DNA from: Acidobacteriota bacterium | GTDB taxonomy: Bacteria; Acidobacteriota; Thermoanaerobaculia; Gp7-AA8 | Length of the DNA stretch: 64,000 bases | Direction of reading: 5' to 3' | Assembly: GCA_019244185.1 (NCBI GenBank) | Contig: JAFATB010000025.1 | Coordinates: forward strand, 320,001-384,000 | Shown here: positions 9,299 through 19,331 of the stretch, in pieces | Position numbering within the stretch: the first letter of the stretch is position 1 | Layout: each line of letters starts with the position of its first letter | Position numbers and translations under genes: made by a program | The notes under the pieces: model-generated | What the model was told of the DNA's origin: nothing | Database searches by the model: none | Seen by the model: only the letters and a program-made list of their open reading frames with translations

Positions 9299-11077
9299 GT
9301 GGAAACGCGTTTCACTCATCGTCCGCTCCGCGTCTACGCGTTCGATCCCAGCCAGGGCCGCGGCCTCGGCAACTTCATGACCGTCAAGCTGCCGTACGAG
9401 CAGCTGCAGCCCGGTCCGAGCGGCGCCTACATCTCCGTCATCGACTACGACGCGGCAAACGGCGTCTACTACCAGCCGGTCGACCTCAACGACTTCAGCG
9501 TCCTCCTCTACGGCGGCCTCGCGCCGACCGAGCTCGATCCGCGTTTCCACCAGCAGATGGTCTACGCCGTGGCGCGCGAGACGATGCATCACTTCGAGCG
9601 CGCGCTCGGGCGCCGCCTCAAGTGGGGCTTCCACAAGCGCGAGCCGCTGCGCATCTTCCCGCACGCGATGCAGGAGGCGAACGCGTACTACGACCGCAAC
9701 GTGCACGGGATCCTCTTCGGCTACTTCGCCGCGTCCGCGGAAGATCCCGGACGCAACCTTCCCGGACAGACGATCTACACGTGCCTCTCGCACGACATCA
9801 TCGCGCACGAGACGACTCACGCGATCCTCGACGGCCAGCGTCCGAACTTCATGCAGGACACGAACGCCGACGTCCCCGCCTTCCACGAAGCCTTCGCGGA
9901 CGTGGTCGCGCTCTTCCAGCACTTCAGCTACCGCGAGGCGCTGCGCGACACGATGATCCGCACGGGCGGCCAGCTCTTCCGCGACCGCGTCGATGCGAGG
10001 CTGCCGATCGCGAACGACGGCGACGCCGTCGTCGGCGCGCAGCTCGGCCGCAACAATCCGCTGATCGACCTCGCGCGCCAGTTCGGCGAGTCCACCGCGC
10101 GCCGCGGCGCCCTCCGCTCCGCCCTCGGCACCAAGCCGAACACGCGCGCGCTCGACTTCACCAGCGAGCCGCACGAGCGCGGCTCGATCCTCGTGGCGGC
10201 GATCTTCGACGCGTACTTTACGGCGCTGCAGAACCGCACGGCGGATCTCTATCGCATCGCGCGCGCGGGCGGAGCGTCCGTGACCACGAACGAGTTGCAT
10301 CCCGATCTCGCCGAGCGCCTCTGCGACGAGGCGGCGAAGACGGCCGAGCACTTCCTCACGTTGTGCATCCGCGCGATCGACTACTGCCCGCCGGTCGACA
10401 TCACGTTCGGCGATTACCTGCGCGCGCTCATCACCGCGGACACGGACGTCGAGCCGGAGGACCGTCACGACTACCGCGAGGCGCTCATCGAGGCGTTCCG
10501 CTCGCGCGGCATCACCATCGACAGCGCGGCCTCGCTCTCGCAGGACGCGCTGCGCTGGCGCGGCGTCAGCGTCGCGAAGGGCGAGCGGGAGCCGTGCTGC
10601 GAACCGCTCACATTCGATCTCAACAGCGAAGATCCTCGGAAAGACGAAAATTATCGCCGCGTATGGACGTTCGCCCAGGAGTTCTGGCGACCGCTCCGCC
10701 TCGCCGAAAAATATGACTCCAGGAAACCTGGAAACATCGCCTGTCAGGTGCAGTCGGTGATTCCGGTCGTACGGTCAGTGGAAGGACGCGCGCGCATCGA
10801 GATCGTTGCCGAGATCGTGCAGCGCGACGACATCCGGCTCGATCCGAACGATGATACAAGCCCGCTAATTCGCGTTTATGGTGGGTCCACCGTCCACCTC
10901 AACTACGACGGCTCCGTACGCTACATCATCCACCGCTCGCTCGACGACGACGAACGCCTCAGCAAGATCCGCGATTACTGGCAGACCAAGCGCGCGGGCA
11001 ACGCGCGGCTCACGTACGTCACTGATGACGCGATCGACACCACGTTGAAGTTCTGTGCGGTACACAGGGGGCTGTGA
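9299..11077 (+). CDS. Cytoplasmic gluzincin metallopeptidase (M4/M36-like)
   Basis: SHDIIAHETTHAILDG (HEXXH) plus AFHEAFAD third ligand; NAYY motif; EPHERGSIL; SD AGGAGG before GTG; no signal peptide. Confidence 0.8.
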   Translation: METRFTHRPLRVYAFDPSQGRGLGNFMTVKLPYEQLQPGPSGAYISVIDYDAANGVYYQPVDLNDFSVLLYGGLAPTELDPRFHQQMVYAVARETMHHFERALGRRLKWGFHKREPLRIFPHAMQEANAYYDRNVHGILFGYFAASAEDPGRNLPGQTIYTCLSHDIIAHETTHAILDGQRPNFMQDTNADVPAFHEAFADVVALFQHFSYREALRDTMIRTGGQLFRDRVDARLPIANDGDAVVGAQLGRNNPLIDLARQFGESTARRGALRSALGTKPNTRALDFTSEPHERGSILVAAIFDAYFTALQNRTADLYRIARAGGASVTTNELHPDLAERLCDEAAKTAEHFLTLCIRAIDYCPPVDITFGDYLRALITADTDVEPEDRHDYREALIEAFRSRGITIDSAASLSQDALRWRGVSVAKGEREPCCEPLTFDLNSEDPRKDENYRRVWTFAQEFWRPLRLAEKYDSRKPGNIACQVQSVIPVVRSVEGRARIEIVAEIVQRDDIRLDPNDDTSPLIRVYGGSTVHLNYDGSVRYIIHRSLDDDERLSKIRDYWQTKRAGNARLTYVTDDAIDTTLKFCAVHRGL

Positions 11078-11078
11078 A

Positions 11079-12353
11079 ATGACGACCAAATCGACTGCGA
11101 CGAAACTGCTTCCAAAGCACAAGCTGCGCGTGCGCATGTACCGCGTCGGCTTCGGCGACTGCTTCCTGCTATCGGTGCCGAACGCCGGCGGGCACGCGCA
11201 CATCCTCATCGACTGCGGTGTGCACTTCAACGGCGACATCCACAGCATGGGCGACGTCATCGACGACATCGCGAAGGTGACTGATAAGAAGCTGGCGCTG
11301 GTCATCGCCACGCACGCGCATCAGGACCACATCTCCGGCTTCGGCGCGTTTCCGGAGAAGTTCAGGGCGTTCGACGTCGGCGAGGTGTGGCTGCCGTGGC
11401 TGGAGAACACCAAGGACAAGGATGCGAAGAAGCTGCGCGCGAAACGCCTCGCGCTCGCGACAACGCTGCGCGCACACTTCACGGCTGCGCCACCGTCCGC
11501 CGCCGATGCCGCGGTCATCGAGGACATTCTCGTCAACGCCACCGGCATCACGAAAACGGGTGTCTCTGCAGCAGGAACGAATGCCGCAGCGATGGATCTG
11601 CTCACCTCCGGATTCCGTGGCCAGGCCAAAGTCCGCTATCTCGCCGCGGGGGAAGAGTTTGCGGACGTCGCCGGCATCAAGGGCTTTCGCGCACGCATCC
11701 TTGCGCCGTCGCGCGACACCTCGTTTCTGGACAAGATGGATCCGCCACTCAGCCAACGTTACAAGCTGAAACTCGGCGATGGCTCCGTCGAGGAACGCGG
11801 CGGCATCAAACCGTTCGACGCAGACTGGGTGTTTACAGACTTCCCAGACGGCAAACCGCCGCTCGATTCGAAAGGTCGTCTCCTATTGCAGAAGGCCATC
11901 GCCTCGCCGATGGACGCGTTCGCGCTCGCGCTCGACAAGGTGCTCAACAACACGAGCCTGGTCGTGCTCTTCCGCTGCGGCGACGAGGCGCTGCTCTTCC
12001 CCGGCGACGCGCAGTGGGGCAACTGGCTCTCGTGGCTCGACGAGAACGGCGACGACGTCCTCTCCGGCGTGACGTTCTACAAGGTCGCACATCACGGCAG
12101 CGTCAACGCGACTCCGAAGCGCGCGCTCGAGGCGATGCAGAAAGGCCGCTTCGCCGCGATGGCCTCGACGCAGAGCAAGCCGTGGCCGTCGATCCCCGCG
12201 CCGAAGCTCATCACCGCCATCGAAGACCGCACCGACGGCCGCTTCGTGCAAAGCGACTCCCTCCCGGTCGCGGACGCACCGGAAGGACCGAAGCTCGGCA
12301 AACTGCCGGCGGCGTTCACGAAGGGCGCGTTGTGGTTCGATTACATCGCATGA
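11079..12353 (+). CDS. MBL-fold metallo-hydrolase (ComEC/Rec2-like nuclease clade)
   Basis: VGFGDCFLL, LIDCG, THAHQDHISG, NNTSLV, LFPGDAQ, YKVAHHGS; ATG one base after the peptidase stop. Confidence 0.85.
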   Translation: MTTKSTATKLLPKHKLRVRMYRVGFGDCFLLSVPNAGGHAHILIDCGVHFNGDIHSMGDVIDDIAKVTDKKLALVIATHAHQDHISGFGAFPEKFRAFDVGEVWLPWLENTKDKDAKKLRAKRLALATTLRAHFTAAPPSAADAAVIEDILVNATGITKTGVSAAGTNAAAMDLLTSGFRGQAKVRYLAAGEEFADVAGIKGFRARILAPSRDTSFLDKMDPPLSQRYKLKLGDGSVEERGGIKPFDADWVFTDFPDGKPPLDSKGRLLLQKAIASPMDAFALALDKVLNNTSLVVLFRCGDEALLFPGDAQWGNWLSWLDENGDDVLSGVTFYKVAHHGSVNATPKRALEAMQKGRFAAMASTQSKPWPSIPAPKLITAIEDRTDGRFVQSDSLPVADAPEGPKLGKLPAAFTKGALWFDYIA

Positions 12354-12400
12354 GAAGAGAATCACGTATCGTTGTCTCTCTGTAGAGCAGGAGGCTGATC

Positions 12401-13000
12401 ATGAGTACGATCATCGGAACTCGTCGCTGGACCGTTCTCGCCGCGCTTTTCCTCGCCTCGTTTTTCGGCTCGGCGCTCGTCGCGCAGGAGGTCGAAAGCA
12501 TCGAGGTCTCAGGGTTCGAAGGACACCAGCAGGAAGCCTCCAACTGGTGCTGGGCCGCATCGATCCAGTCGCTGTTCGCCTCGAAAGGCCTCGACGTCGA
12601 TCAGTCCGCGATCGTCGCGGCCGCGTACGGGCAGGTCGTGAACGCAACCGCTCCCGGATTCGAGGGAACCTTGCGCCTGCTCCATACGGTCGTCGTCGAT
12701 ATCGACGGGACTGAATGGGAGGTTCATGCCCGCGCGGGCGCCAGCTATCCCGACGCGCGATGGCTGTTGCAGCGCTTCCGCAACGACGAGCCGGTCATGA
12801 TCTGGTTTCACGACGAGTATGCGAACCATTCGATCGTGATCCACGGCGGCACGTACTATGTGAACGCGGCCGGATCGTTCATGGGCTGGCAGTCGATCGT
12901 CGCATACGATCCGCTGCTCGATACGGACATGACCATCGACGCACGCAACATTCCGCGCTATGTCTACGGCACGTTCGAGGTGTCGATCCGCGAACGCTAA
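12401..13000 (+). CDS. Secreted papain-like cysteine peptidase (C39/C70-like)
   Basis: Signal peptide; QQEASNWCWAAS (Cys), NHSIVIHG (His), YDP (Asp); SD AGGAGG. Confidence 0.7.
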   Translation: MSTIIGTRRWTVLAALFLASFFGSALVAQEVESIEVSGFEGHQQEASNWCWAASIQSLFASKGLDVDQSAIVAAAYGQVVNATAPGFEGTLRLLHTVVVDIDGTEWEVHARAGASYPDARWLLQRFRNDEPVMIWFHDEYANHSIVIHGGTYYVNAAGSFMGWQSIVAYDPLLDTDMTIDARNIPRYVYGTFEVSIRER

Positions 13001-14346
13001 CGCCACCGGCCGAGCGGTTGCGCCTCGGACCACCAAAGGCGCGCCAAGCGCGAGATCGACGGGTCGATCGCCGCGCCGAGTCCGAGACGCTCCAGCGCGT
13101 CGACGAACGCCGGCGCGACCTCGGGCGATCGCGGACGCATGAGCGGTGTCGCCGTCGACAGGAACAGCCGGAACCACTGGCGCGTGTGCCGTAATGCCTG
13201 CAGATCGGCCGGCGCGGGCGTGCCGGCCGCGAGCTCCATGAATTCCAGCGTCACCGCACCCGACGAATCACCACCGGTGCGATCCATCTCGACGAACGCG
13301 AACCGCTCGCCGTGCCGCGCGAAGATGCGCACAGGCGTCATCACCCGCAGTGACGCCCCTGCCGCTTCGCGAGGCGCGACACGGATGCCGTTGAGCCACA
13401 GAGCATCCGGCTCTTCACTCCAGCGGACGCGCACGCTGCGCAATTGTCCCGATACGATCTCCGGTTCGACGAGCGACGAAGGATCGCCGTCGTATTCATC
13501 ACCAGCCAGCTCGCGCAATTGATCGGCCCGCTCGGCGACCACGTCACGATCGGCGTCGCGCTGGGCGACGTCCCGCAGCCAGCGCAGCACCGCAAATGGC
13601 GCCGCGACGACACCCGTGCGTACCCGCGATTCCAGACTGTCCTCATCCTCGCCGCGCGGACGCTCCGGCGCCACGGCCAGCAGCAGCCGCCACGCCGTGC
13701 GATCCGCGGCGACCTCTTCGTCCACCGAATGCTCTTTCGCCGCGTGATGACCGGCGAGCACGTGCCCAACCTCGTGAGCCACGACGAAGCCGATCGTGCC
13801 GAGCAGCACGGTGGCCGCTTGCGGTCCGGCGCATTTCTCCACGGTCTGCGGACACCGAATGAGCTGCTGCGGAAGACGCCCGAGGAACAGTTCCGAGATC
13901 GAATTGAGGAGAGGCAGCACCGTACGTCTGCGGTACGGCGTCAGCAGCAGCGACTGCGGAATCGGCAACTCCCCATGGTGCAGCACGTAGAGATCGCGAC
14001 CGAGATACATCCCAAGTGCGATCAGCTGACTCAATGCGTCCTTGGAAACATAAACCGTCGTGCCATCGGTCCACGCCGGAGGTCCGTTGTCGTCATCGAT
14101 GGGTCGCACGACCATGCGCGCGAATCGCTTCTGCTCGGATGCGGTCATCCCGCTCGCCAGCATCTCGCGGGTCGTGGCGAGCATCGCGTCCTCGAACTCT
14201 TCGAAATCCGCCTGCGTCCACGCCGCGGGAGGCTTGTTCTGCAAGCGCTTCAGCCGTTCCTGAAGTGCGGGCGATGGCTGCGCACGAAGAGACGGTACGG
14301 CGAGCAGCGCCGCGATCAGCAACAGCGTCGTTCGAGCGAGTCTCAC
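12997..14346 (-). CDS. Secreted HEXXH zinc metallopeptidase (M48/Lit-like)
   Basis: GTG at 14346 overlaps the upstream stop; signal peptide; FVVAHEVGH...EEVAAD. Confidence 0.7.
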   Translation of the reverse strand: MRLARTTLLLIAALLAVPSLRAQPSPALQERLKRLQNKPPAAWTQADFEEFEDAMLATTREMLASGMTASEQKRFARMVVRPIDDDNGPPAWTDGTTVYVSKDALSQLIALGMYLGRDLYVLHHGELPIPQSLLLTPYRRRTVLPLLNSISELFLGRLPQQLIRCPQTVEKCAGPQAATVLLGTIGFVVAHEVGHVLAGHHAAKEHSVDEEVAADRTAWRLLLAVAPERPRGEDEDSLESRVRTGVVAAPFAVLRWLRDVAQRDADRDVVAERADQLRELAGDEYDGDPSSLVEPEIVSGQLRSVRVRWSEEPDALWLNGIRVAPREAAGASLRVMTPVRIFARHGERFAFVEMDRTGGDSSGAVTLEFMELAAGTPAPADLQALRHTRQWFRLFLSTATPLMRPRSPEVAPAFVDALERLGLGAAIDPSISRLARLWWSEAQPLGRWR

Positions 14347-15452
14347 GGCTTCGGTACGTCGATCGGGATGCGCGCGTCGCGCGCGAGGTCGATTTCCGCG
14401 CTGTATACGATGCGCGTCCCGTCGGCGGCGCGAATCCCGTAATGTCCCGGTGGCAGCCGCAGAACGCAACGCGTGTAGCGAAGCCACTGCGTGCCGCGCG
14501 AACGCGGTCCGCGATCCGTGATGGTGATGAAAAGCGGCTTCCGCGCGTCGATGTCGATGATGCCCGAGGGTGTCTTCCAAAACTCCGCAACGCTGACGAG
14601 ATCCGTCATCAGCGCACCTGGACTGAGGTTCGGCGATTCCGCGGACACGCGTGCGGTGTGGAGCACCGCGGCGAGTGCGGCGCCCCCGGCCGCGCCGCTC
14701 GCTGGCTGGCCGTCGTGAATGGTCGAGTAGCGGACGGTGTCCAGCAGGGTCTCCGCGAGCTCACAGCGGTCGCCCTTCGGGACCTCCACGCGTTGCCGTG
14801 CAGCCATACGATTCACCAGCGCGATGGCATCCGCCTGCGCGCTCGACGGCAGTTCGACGGACCGCGACTTGGCCCAATCGCGGACGCAGCCGACAGAGGT
14901 TTGTGCCGATGCGACACGCGGTACGACAAGGGTGATGATGATCGCGGCCGCGACTGCGGCACGGCGCGGGCCCCGAAAGAGCGCGACCGCAATCACCATG
15001 ACCGCCACGAAGAGGAACCAGAACTGGCAGAGAATCGGGTAGTTCAGAATGGGTCCGAACATATCGTCGAGCGACGCCTCCATGCACCGGCTCGCGCCGA
15101 TCTGGTAAAGAAATGCGGCATACATCGCGCTGAGAAGAAGGCCCGCGGCGGAGAAGATCCCGCGCTCGACCGAGGCCGCACGTCGCGCGCCCGAAAGCAC
15201 GAAGGCCACGAGCGCGCCAAAGGCGGTGAAGGCAATCTTGAACAGGAGTTCGGACGTCGAGTTCCGTGATTCGAGATAGAGCTTCTGCACGTCCGTTGCG
15301 TTTCCCGTGTATGAGCGCGCAACGGCACCGGGTTTCGTCAGAAGCCCGGCGTCTGCGCAACGATAAAGCAGCGTCGCGATGCTCATTCCAACGAGCATCG
15401 TTCCGAAAAACAGGAGCAGCGGAGAACGCAGGCGCTCGCGCCATTTTCTCAT
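14343..15452 (-). CDS. Hypothetical membrane protein (about 4-5 TM plus C-terminal soluble domain)
   Basis: ATGA-coupled to the upstream gene; several hydrophobic helices. Confidence 0.65.
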   Translation of the reverse strand: MRKWRERLRSPLLLFFGTMLVGMSIATLLYRCADAGLLTKPGAVARSYTGNATDVQKLYLESRNSTSELLFKIAFTAFGALVAFVLSGARRAASVERGIFSAAGLLLSAMYAAFLYQIGASRCMEASLDDMFGPILNYPILCQFWFLFVAVMVIAVALFRGPRRAAVAAAIIITLVVPRVASAQTSVGCVRDWAKSRSVELPSSAQADAIALVNRMAARQRVEVPKGDRCELAETLLDTVRYSTIHDGQPASGAAGGAALAAVLHTARVSAESPNLSPGALMTDLVSVAEFWKTPSGIIDIDARKPLFITITDRGPRSRGTQWLRYTRCVLRLPPGHYGIRAADGTRIVYSAEIDLARDARIPIDVPKP

Positions 15453-16270
15453 CGCTGGACCTCTCGCAATGCCGCGTCGTAGACGGATTTCGCCTGCTGC
15501 GCATCGGCATCGTTCATCGCCGCTCGCGCACCGGCGACCGCCGCCGCAACGCGTAGAAATTCGACGCGAAGCTCGATGTCGACGAGATCCGTTCCGGCGT
15601 CGCGCTCGATGTTCCGGATCAGGAGCCAGGCTTCCAGCGTTCTTCCGGCGGCGAGCCATGCGTGCGCCAGCAGAATCGCAGCCGCGAATGCATCGTGGAC
15701 GTTCTCCGCCTGACGCAGGCGATCTTCCAGGTGGGACGCCGCGGCCGCGGCGTTACCCGTCCCAATGCGTCCTTGGAGAACCACGTTCTCGGCCTGCCAG
15801 TAGCCACGACGCGCCAGCACATCGATCTCGCCTTCGACGAGAGGCCAGTGCGGCGACTTTGCGTCGAGCAAAGGCACGAGGGCCGTGATTGCGCGCAGTT
15901 TGACGAGCGAGTCCGCTGTATTCACGACTTCGACGAACTGCGCGATCGCCGCTGTCTTTTCACCGCGACGCGACGACTGGGCGGCGTACACGAGAGTCAG
16001 CGCGGCGTTGGTCAGCCCGAGGAGTTCCTCTTCTCGCAGCGACAACGCCGGACCGGCGAGAGAAGCCGCTGCCGCCTTCAACTCCGTCTCCGCTTCATCG
16101 AAGCAGCCGTAGTCATAGTGTTCGAGGCCGCGGCTGTATTGCACGAAAGCGGGCGTTCCGGTGAGGAGGTTCATCTGCACCTGCAGCTCCGGCGGCAGCG
16201 TACAGGCAGCTCGAAGCGGAGCGGCAATCCAGATGACGGCTGCGAGAACCGCGATCGGCAATATGCGCAT
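15449..16270 (-). CDS. Secreted alpha-helical/TPR-like hypothetical protein
   Basis: Signal peptide MRILPIAVLAAVIWIAAPLRA; Ala/Leu-rich helical repeats; first gene of a coupled three-gene operon. Confidence 0.65.
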   Translation of the reverse strand: MRILPIAVLAAVIWIAAPLRAACTLPPELQVQMNLLTGTPAFVQYSRGLEHYDYGCFDEAETELKAAAASLAGPALSLREEELLGLTNAALTLVYAAQSSRRGEKTAAIAQFVEVVNTADSLVKLRAITALVPLLDAKSPHWPLVEGEIDVLARRGYWQAENVVLQGRIGTGNAAAAASHLEDRLRQAENVHDAFAAAILLAHAWLAAGRTLEAWLLIRNIERDAGTDLVDIELRVEFLRVAAAVAGARAAMNDADAQQAKSVYDAALREVQR

Positions 16271-16365
16271 CGTGCTGGAGTTCCGAGCAGAGTGTAGCCG
16301 CTACAGGTGCCGGAGGAAGAACTTCATGGAGGCGGTTGTTGCGCACACACCACATTCTTCGCCCT

Positions 16366-17340
16366 ATGAACGACACTCCTTCGACTCACGAATTCTTCGT
16401 TCACGCATCGGATGGCCGCGACTACCCGACCGATCTCGCCGCACTCCGCGAATGGGTGCGTTCGAACCGAATACGCCCGGACCAGTACGTCTACTCCTCC
16501 GCGACTGGGCAGTGGATGCACGCACGCGACGTCGCGCAGTTACGCGATCTGTTTACGAGCCGTAGTCAAAACACGCGCTCGTCGCCACTGCCGATCGGTC
16601 TCCTTGCCACGATTGGAGTGATCGTCGCCGCCGGGTTCGCGATCATGCTCGGCTTCATCGTGCAGGGTTCGTCTCATTCGACCGGATCCGCGAGCCAATC
16701 GACGCCCCTTGCATCGCCTGAGACGATGGAGCCGCCGGCCGCACACACGACGCCTGCTCAGCAACGCGTCGCGGCCGCTGCTGCGCTCCAGCACATCTTC
16801 GACGAATCCGACTTCAAAGGATGGCAGCTCGCATTCGCCGCGCGCGGCAACCGCTGCGATGTATTGCACGTCGAAGGCGACGTCAATCTCTATCCCGAAA
16901 TGATGGAAGCGCTCGGCCACGGCACTGTCGCGTATGGCAAAGTGCTCCCCGGCGGCGTGAATCAATATGCGTTCAATGCCGGGTTTCGGGACGTCGTCTA
17001 TACGAATCCCGGCAACGCGAAATACCGAGCCTTCGGTTCCTCGAAGCTCACGGGCGCACACGCGCGGAAAGCAAGGCGCTGTACAGATGCCATCGCGGCC
17101 GCGCTCGATCCGGCGGCGGAGCAGCCGGTCGTTCGTCCTGAGGCGCCCGACTTCGTGCAGCTTTCATGGGACAACGCGGCGGTGGGCACGCGGCTGTACG
17201 ACGGCTCCTATCGCTACGACGCTACGATTCTCTCCCTCGATCGACCGAACGACCTGATGAAGGTTCGCTACCGCTCCGGTGCAGTCGAGCCGAAGCAGCT
17301 CTCTGCGGTCGCGCCGTACTGGTACGTGAATCAGAAGTAG
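16366..17340 (+). CDS. Hypothetical single-pass membrane protein with GYF_2-like N-terminal domain
   Basis: GRDYPTDLAALREWVRSNRIRPDQYVY...GQW resembles GYF_2; one TM helix follows. Confidence 0.55.
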   Translation: MNDTPSTHEFFVHASDGRDYPTDLAALREWVRSNRIRPDQYVYSSATGQWMHARDVAQLRDLFTSRSQNTRSSPLPIGLLATIGVIVAAGFAIMLGFIVQGSSHSTGSASQSTPLASPETMEPPAAHTTPAQQRVAAAAALQHIFDESDFKGWQLAFAARGNRCDVLHVEGDVNLYPEMMEALGHGTVAYGKVLPGGVNQYAFNAGFRDVVYTNPGNAKYRAFGSSKLTGAHARKARRCTDAIAAALDPAAEQPVVRPEAPDFVQLSWDNAAVGTRLYDGSYRYDATILSLDRPNDLMKVRYRSGAVEPKQLSAVAPYWYVNQK

Positions 17341-17432
17341 AACGGTCGCGCCGCGCCGTACGGCAGTTTGAAGCCGCGGCGTCGAGCTCCGCTCCGAGCC
17401 ATCGGGAACAATCCGTCCACTGCCGCGTCCTT

Positions 17433-17457
17433 CTGACTGAAAGCCGATTCCAGTCAG
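17433..17457. promoter_or_regulatory. Probable TetR operator (inverted repeat)
   Basis: CTGACTGAAA-N5-TTCCAGTCAG just upstream of the TetR start, overlapping its SD. Confidence 0.55.
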
Positions 17458-17467
17458 GAGTCACGAC

Positions 17468-18082
17468 ATGCGTGGAGCGGTTGCCGTTCGGGAAGACGTT
17501 CGCGAGCTGATCCTCGACGCCACGGAGCGTCTGCTGGTCCGCTACGGGTACGCGAAGATGACGATGGACGATCTCGCACGCGAGGTCGGGGTCGGCAAGG
17601 GCACGCTGTACCTCCACTTCGCGAGCAAGGAAGAGGTCGTGCTGTCGCGCATCGACCGCATCGTCGCGCAGATCGTCGGGGAACTGCGTGCGATCGCGGC
17701 GCGGAAGCGCGATGCCGGCGCGCGGCTGCGGGAGATGCTCGCCGCGCGCGTGCTGCTGCGCTTCGACCGCGCGCGCGGCTACGCGCAGAGCATGGACGCG
17801 ATGCTCGCGGCCATCCGGCCCGGACTGCTCGCGCGGCGCGAGAAACATTTTGCGGCCGAGGCGGCGGTGTTTCAGGAACTGCTCGAAGAGGCCGCGCGCG
17901 ACGGGACGTTTCGCGTAGCGAATCCCGCGGCGGCGGCGCAGGCGCTGCTCATCGCCACGAACGCGCTGCTCCCCTACAGCCTCACCGCGCGCCAGCTCGG
18001 CAGCCGCCGCGCGATCGAGGAACGCGTCTCCACTCTCGCCACGCTGCTCGTCGACGGACTGCGGTCCCGGAGGAAATCATGA
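17468..18082 (+). CDS. TetR/AcrR family transcriptional regulator
   Basis: HTH TMDDLAREVGVGKGTLYLHFASKEE. Confidence 0.95.
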   Translation: MRGAVAVREDVRELILDATERLLVRYGYAKMTMDDLAREVGVGKGTLYLHFASKEEVVLSRIDRIVAQIVGELRAIAARKRDAGARLREMLAARVLLRFDRARGYAQSMDAMLAAIRPGLLARREKHFAAEAAVFQELLEEAARDGTFRVANPAAAAQALLIATNALLPYSLTARQLGSRRAIEERVSTLATLLVDGLRSRRKS

Positions 18083-19302
18083 TGCTGCATCGCCTCGTGT
18101 CGCTGCTCGCGCTCATCCCGCTGACACTGCTCGCACAAACGAACGACACGCCCTTCGACGCCGCCGCGCGCCGCGCGATCGCGGAGACGGTCGCGCGGAC
18201 GTTGGAGACGCGGTACGTCCTGCCGGAGAAGGGCGATGCGCTCGCGAAGGAGGTGCGCGCCGCGAGCGCGCGCGGTGACTACGATGCGGCGGCGACACCG
18301 GAGGCTCTCGCGAACTCGCTCAATCGCCTGCTCGCCTCGGCGAACGATCGCCATCTCGCGGTGCACGCGGCGATGCCGATGCGCCGCGACGGCGTGCTCG
18401 TCGCGGAGGACCTGCGCCGCGACAACTACGGCTTCCGCCGCGTCGAGCATCTCGACGCGAACATCGGCTACCTCGACCTCGGCGGCTTCACGCCGGGCGA
18501 CGAGGCGCAGCGCGTCGCGGCCGGCGCCATGGCCTTCCTCGCGAACAGCGACGCGATCATCGTCGACCTGCGCCGCTGTCCCGGCGGCGCGGCGGACGCT
18601 GTCAACTTTCTGGCCAGCTACTTCTTCGGACCGGAGAAACGCGTCCTCATGAATCGCTACCACCGGGCGACGAACACCTCGATGGAGAGCACGACCGTCG
18701 ACGTGCCCGGGAAGCGCCTGACGGACACGCCGCTCTACGTGCTCGTCGGCCCACATACGGCGTCGGCGTGCGAGTCGTTCTCGTACACGCTGCAGCAGTG
18801 GGGTCGCGCGAAGATCGTCGGCGAGCGTACGGCCGGCGCGGGCTACAACAACGAGCTCGTGCCGCTCGGCCACGGACTCGTGTTCTCCGTCTCCGCCGGC
18901 ACCGCCATCCATCCGCGCTCGAAGAGAGGATGGGAAGCCGTCGGCGTGCAGCCCGACCTCCCCGCGCCCGTCGACCGCGCGCTCGACTTCGCGCGCGCCG
19001 CGATCCTCGGCGTGAAGCCCGCCGCCGCCGAGCCGGTGCAGCCCGCGGCCGCGGTGCCGCCCATCCGTCCCGGCGATTACACCGGCACCTACGGCAACAA
19101 GGAGATCAGCATTCGCGAAGGGGCGCTCTACTACCAGCGCATCGGCGGAAGCGGCGGCACGCTGCATCCGCTCGGCAACGATCGTTTCGACCTCGGCGGA
19201 GAAGCGGTCGTCACGTTCTTTCGCGACGCGAGCGGCAAGGTCACGCGCCTCCGCCTCGAGTGGCCGGGACATCCGGTCGAGGAGTACGACCGCGCTCCGT
19301 GA
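18079..19302 (+). CDS. S41 family peptidase
   Basis: Signal peptide; IIVDLRRCPGG, TASACESF, IVGERTAG, GVQPD. Confidence 0.9.
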   Translation: MMLHRLVSLLALIPLTLLAQTNDTPFDAAARRAIAETVARTLETRYVLPEKGDALAKEVRAASARGDYDAAATPEALANSLNRLLASANDRHLAVHAAMPMRRDGVLVAEDLRRDNYGFRRVEHLDANIGYLDLGGFTPGDEAQRVAAGAMAFLANSDAIIVDLRRCPGGAADAVNFLASYFFGPEKRVLMNRYHRATNTSMESTTVDVPGKRLTDTPLYVLVGPHTASACESFSYTLQQWGRAKIVGERTAGAGYNNELVPLGHGLVFSVSAGTAIHPRSKRGWEAVGVQPDLPAPVDRALDFARAAILGVKPAAAEPVQPAAAVPPIRPGDYTGTYGNKEISIREGALYYQRIGGSGGTLHPLGNDRFDLGGEAVVTFFRDASGKVTRLRLEWPGHPVEEYDRAP

Positions 19303-19331
19303 GCATCGCGCGCCAATCGCGCACCGCATGC

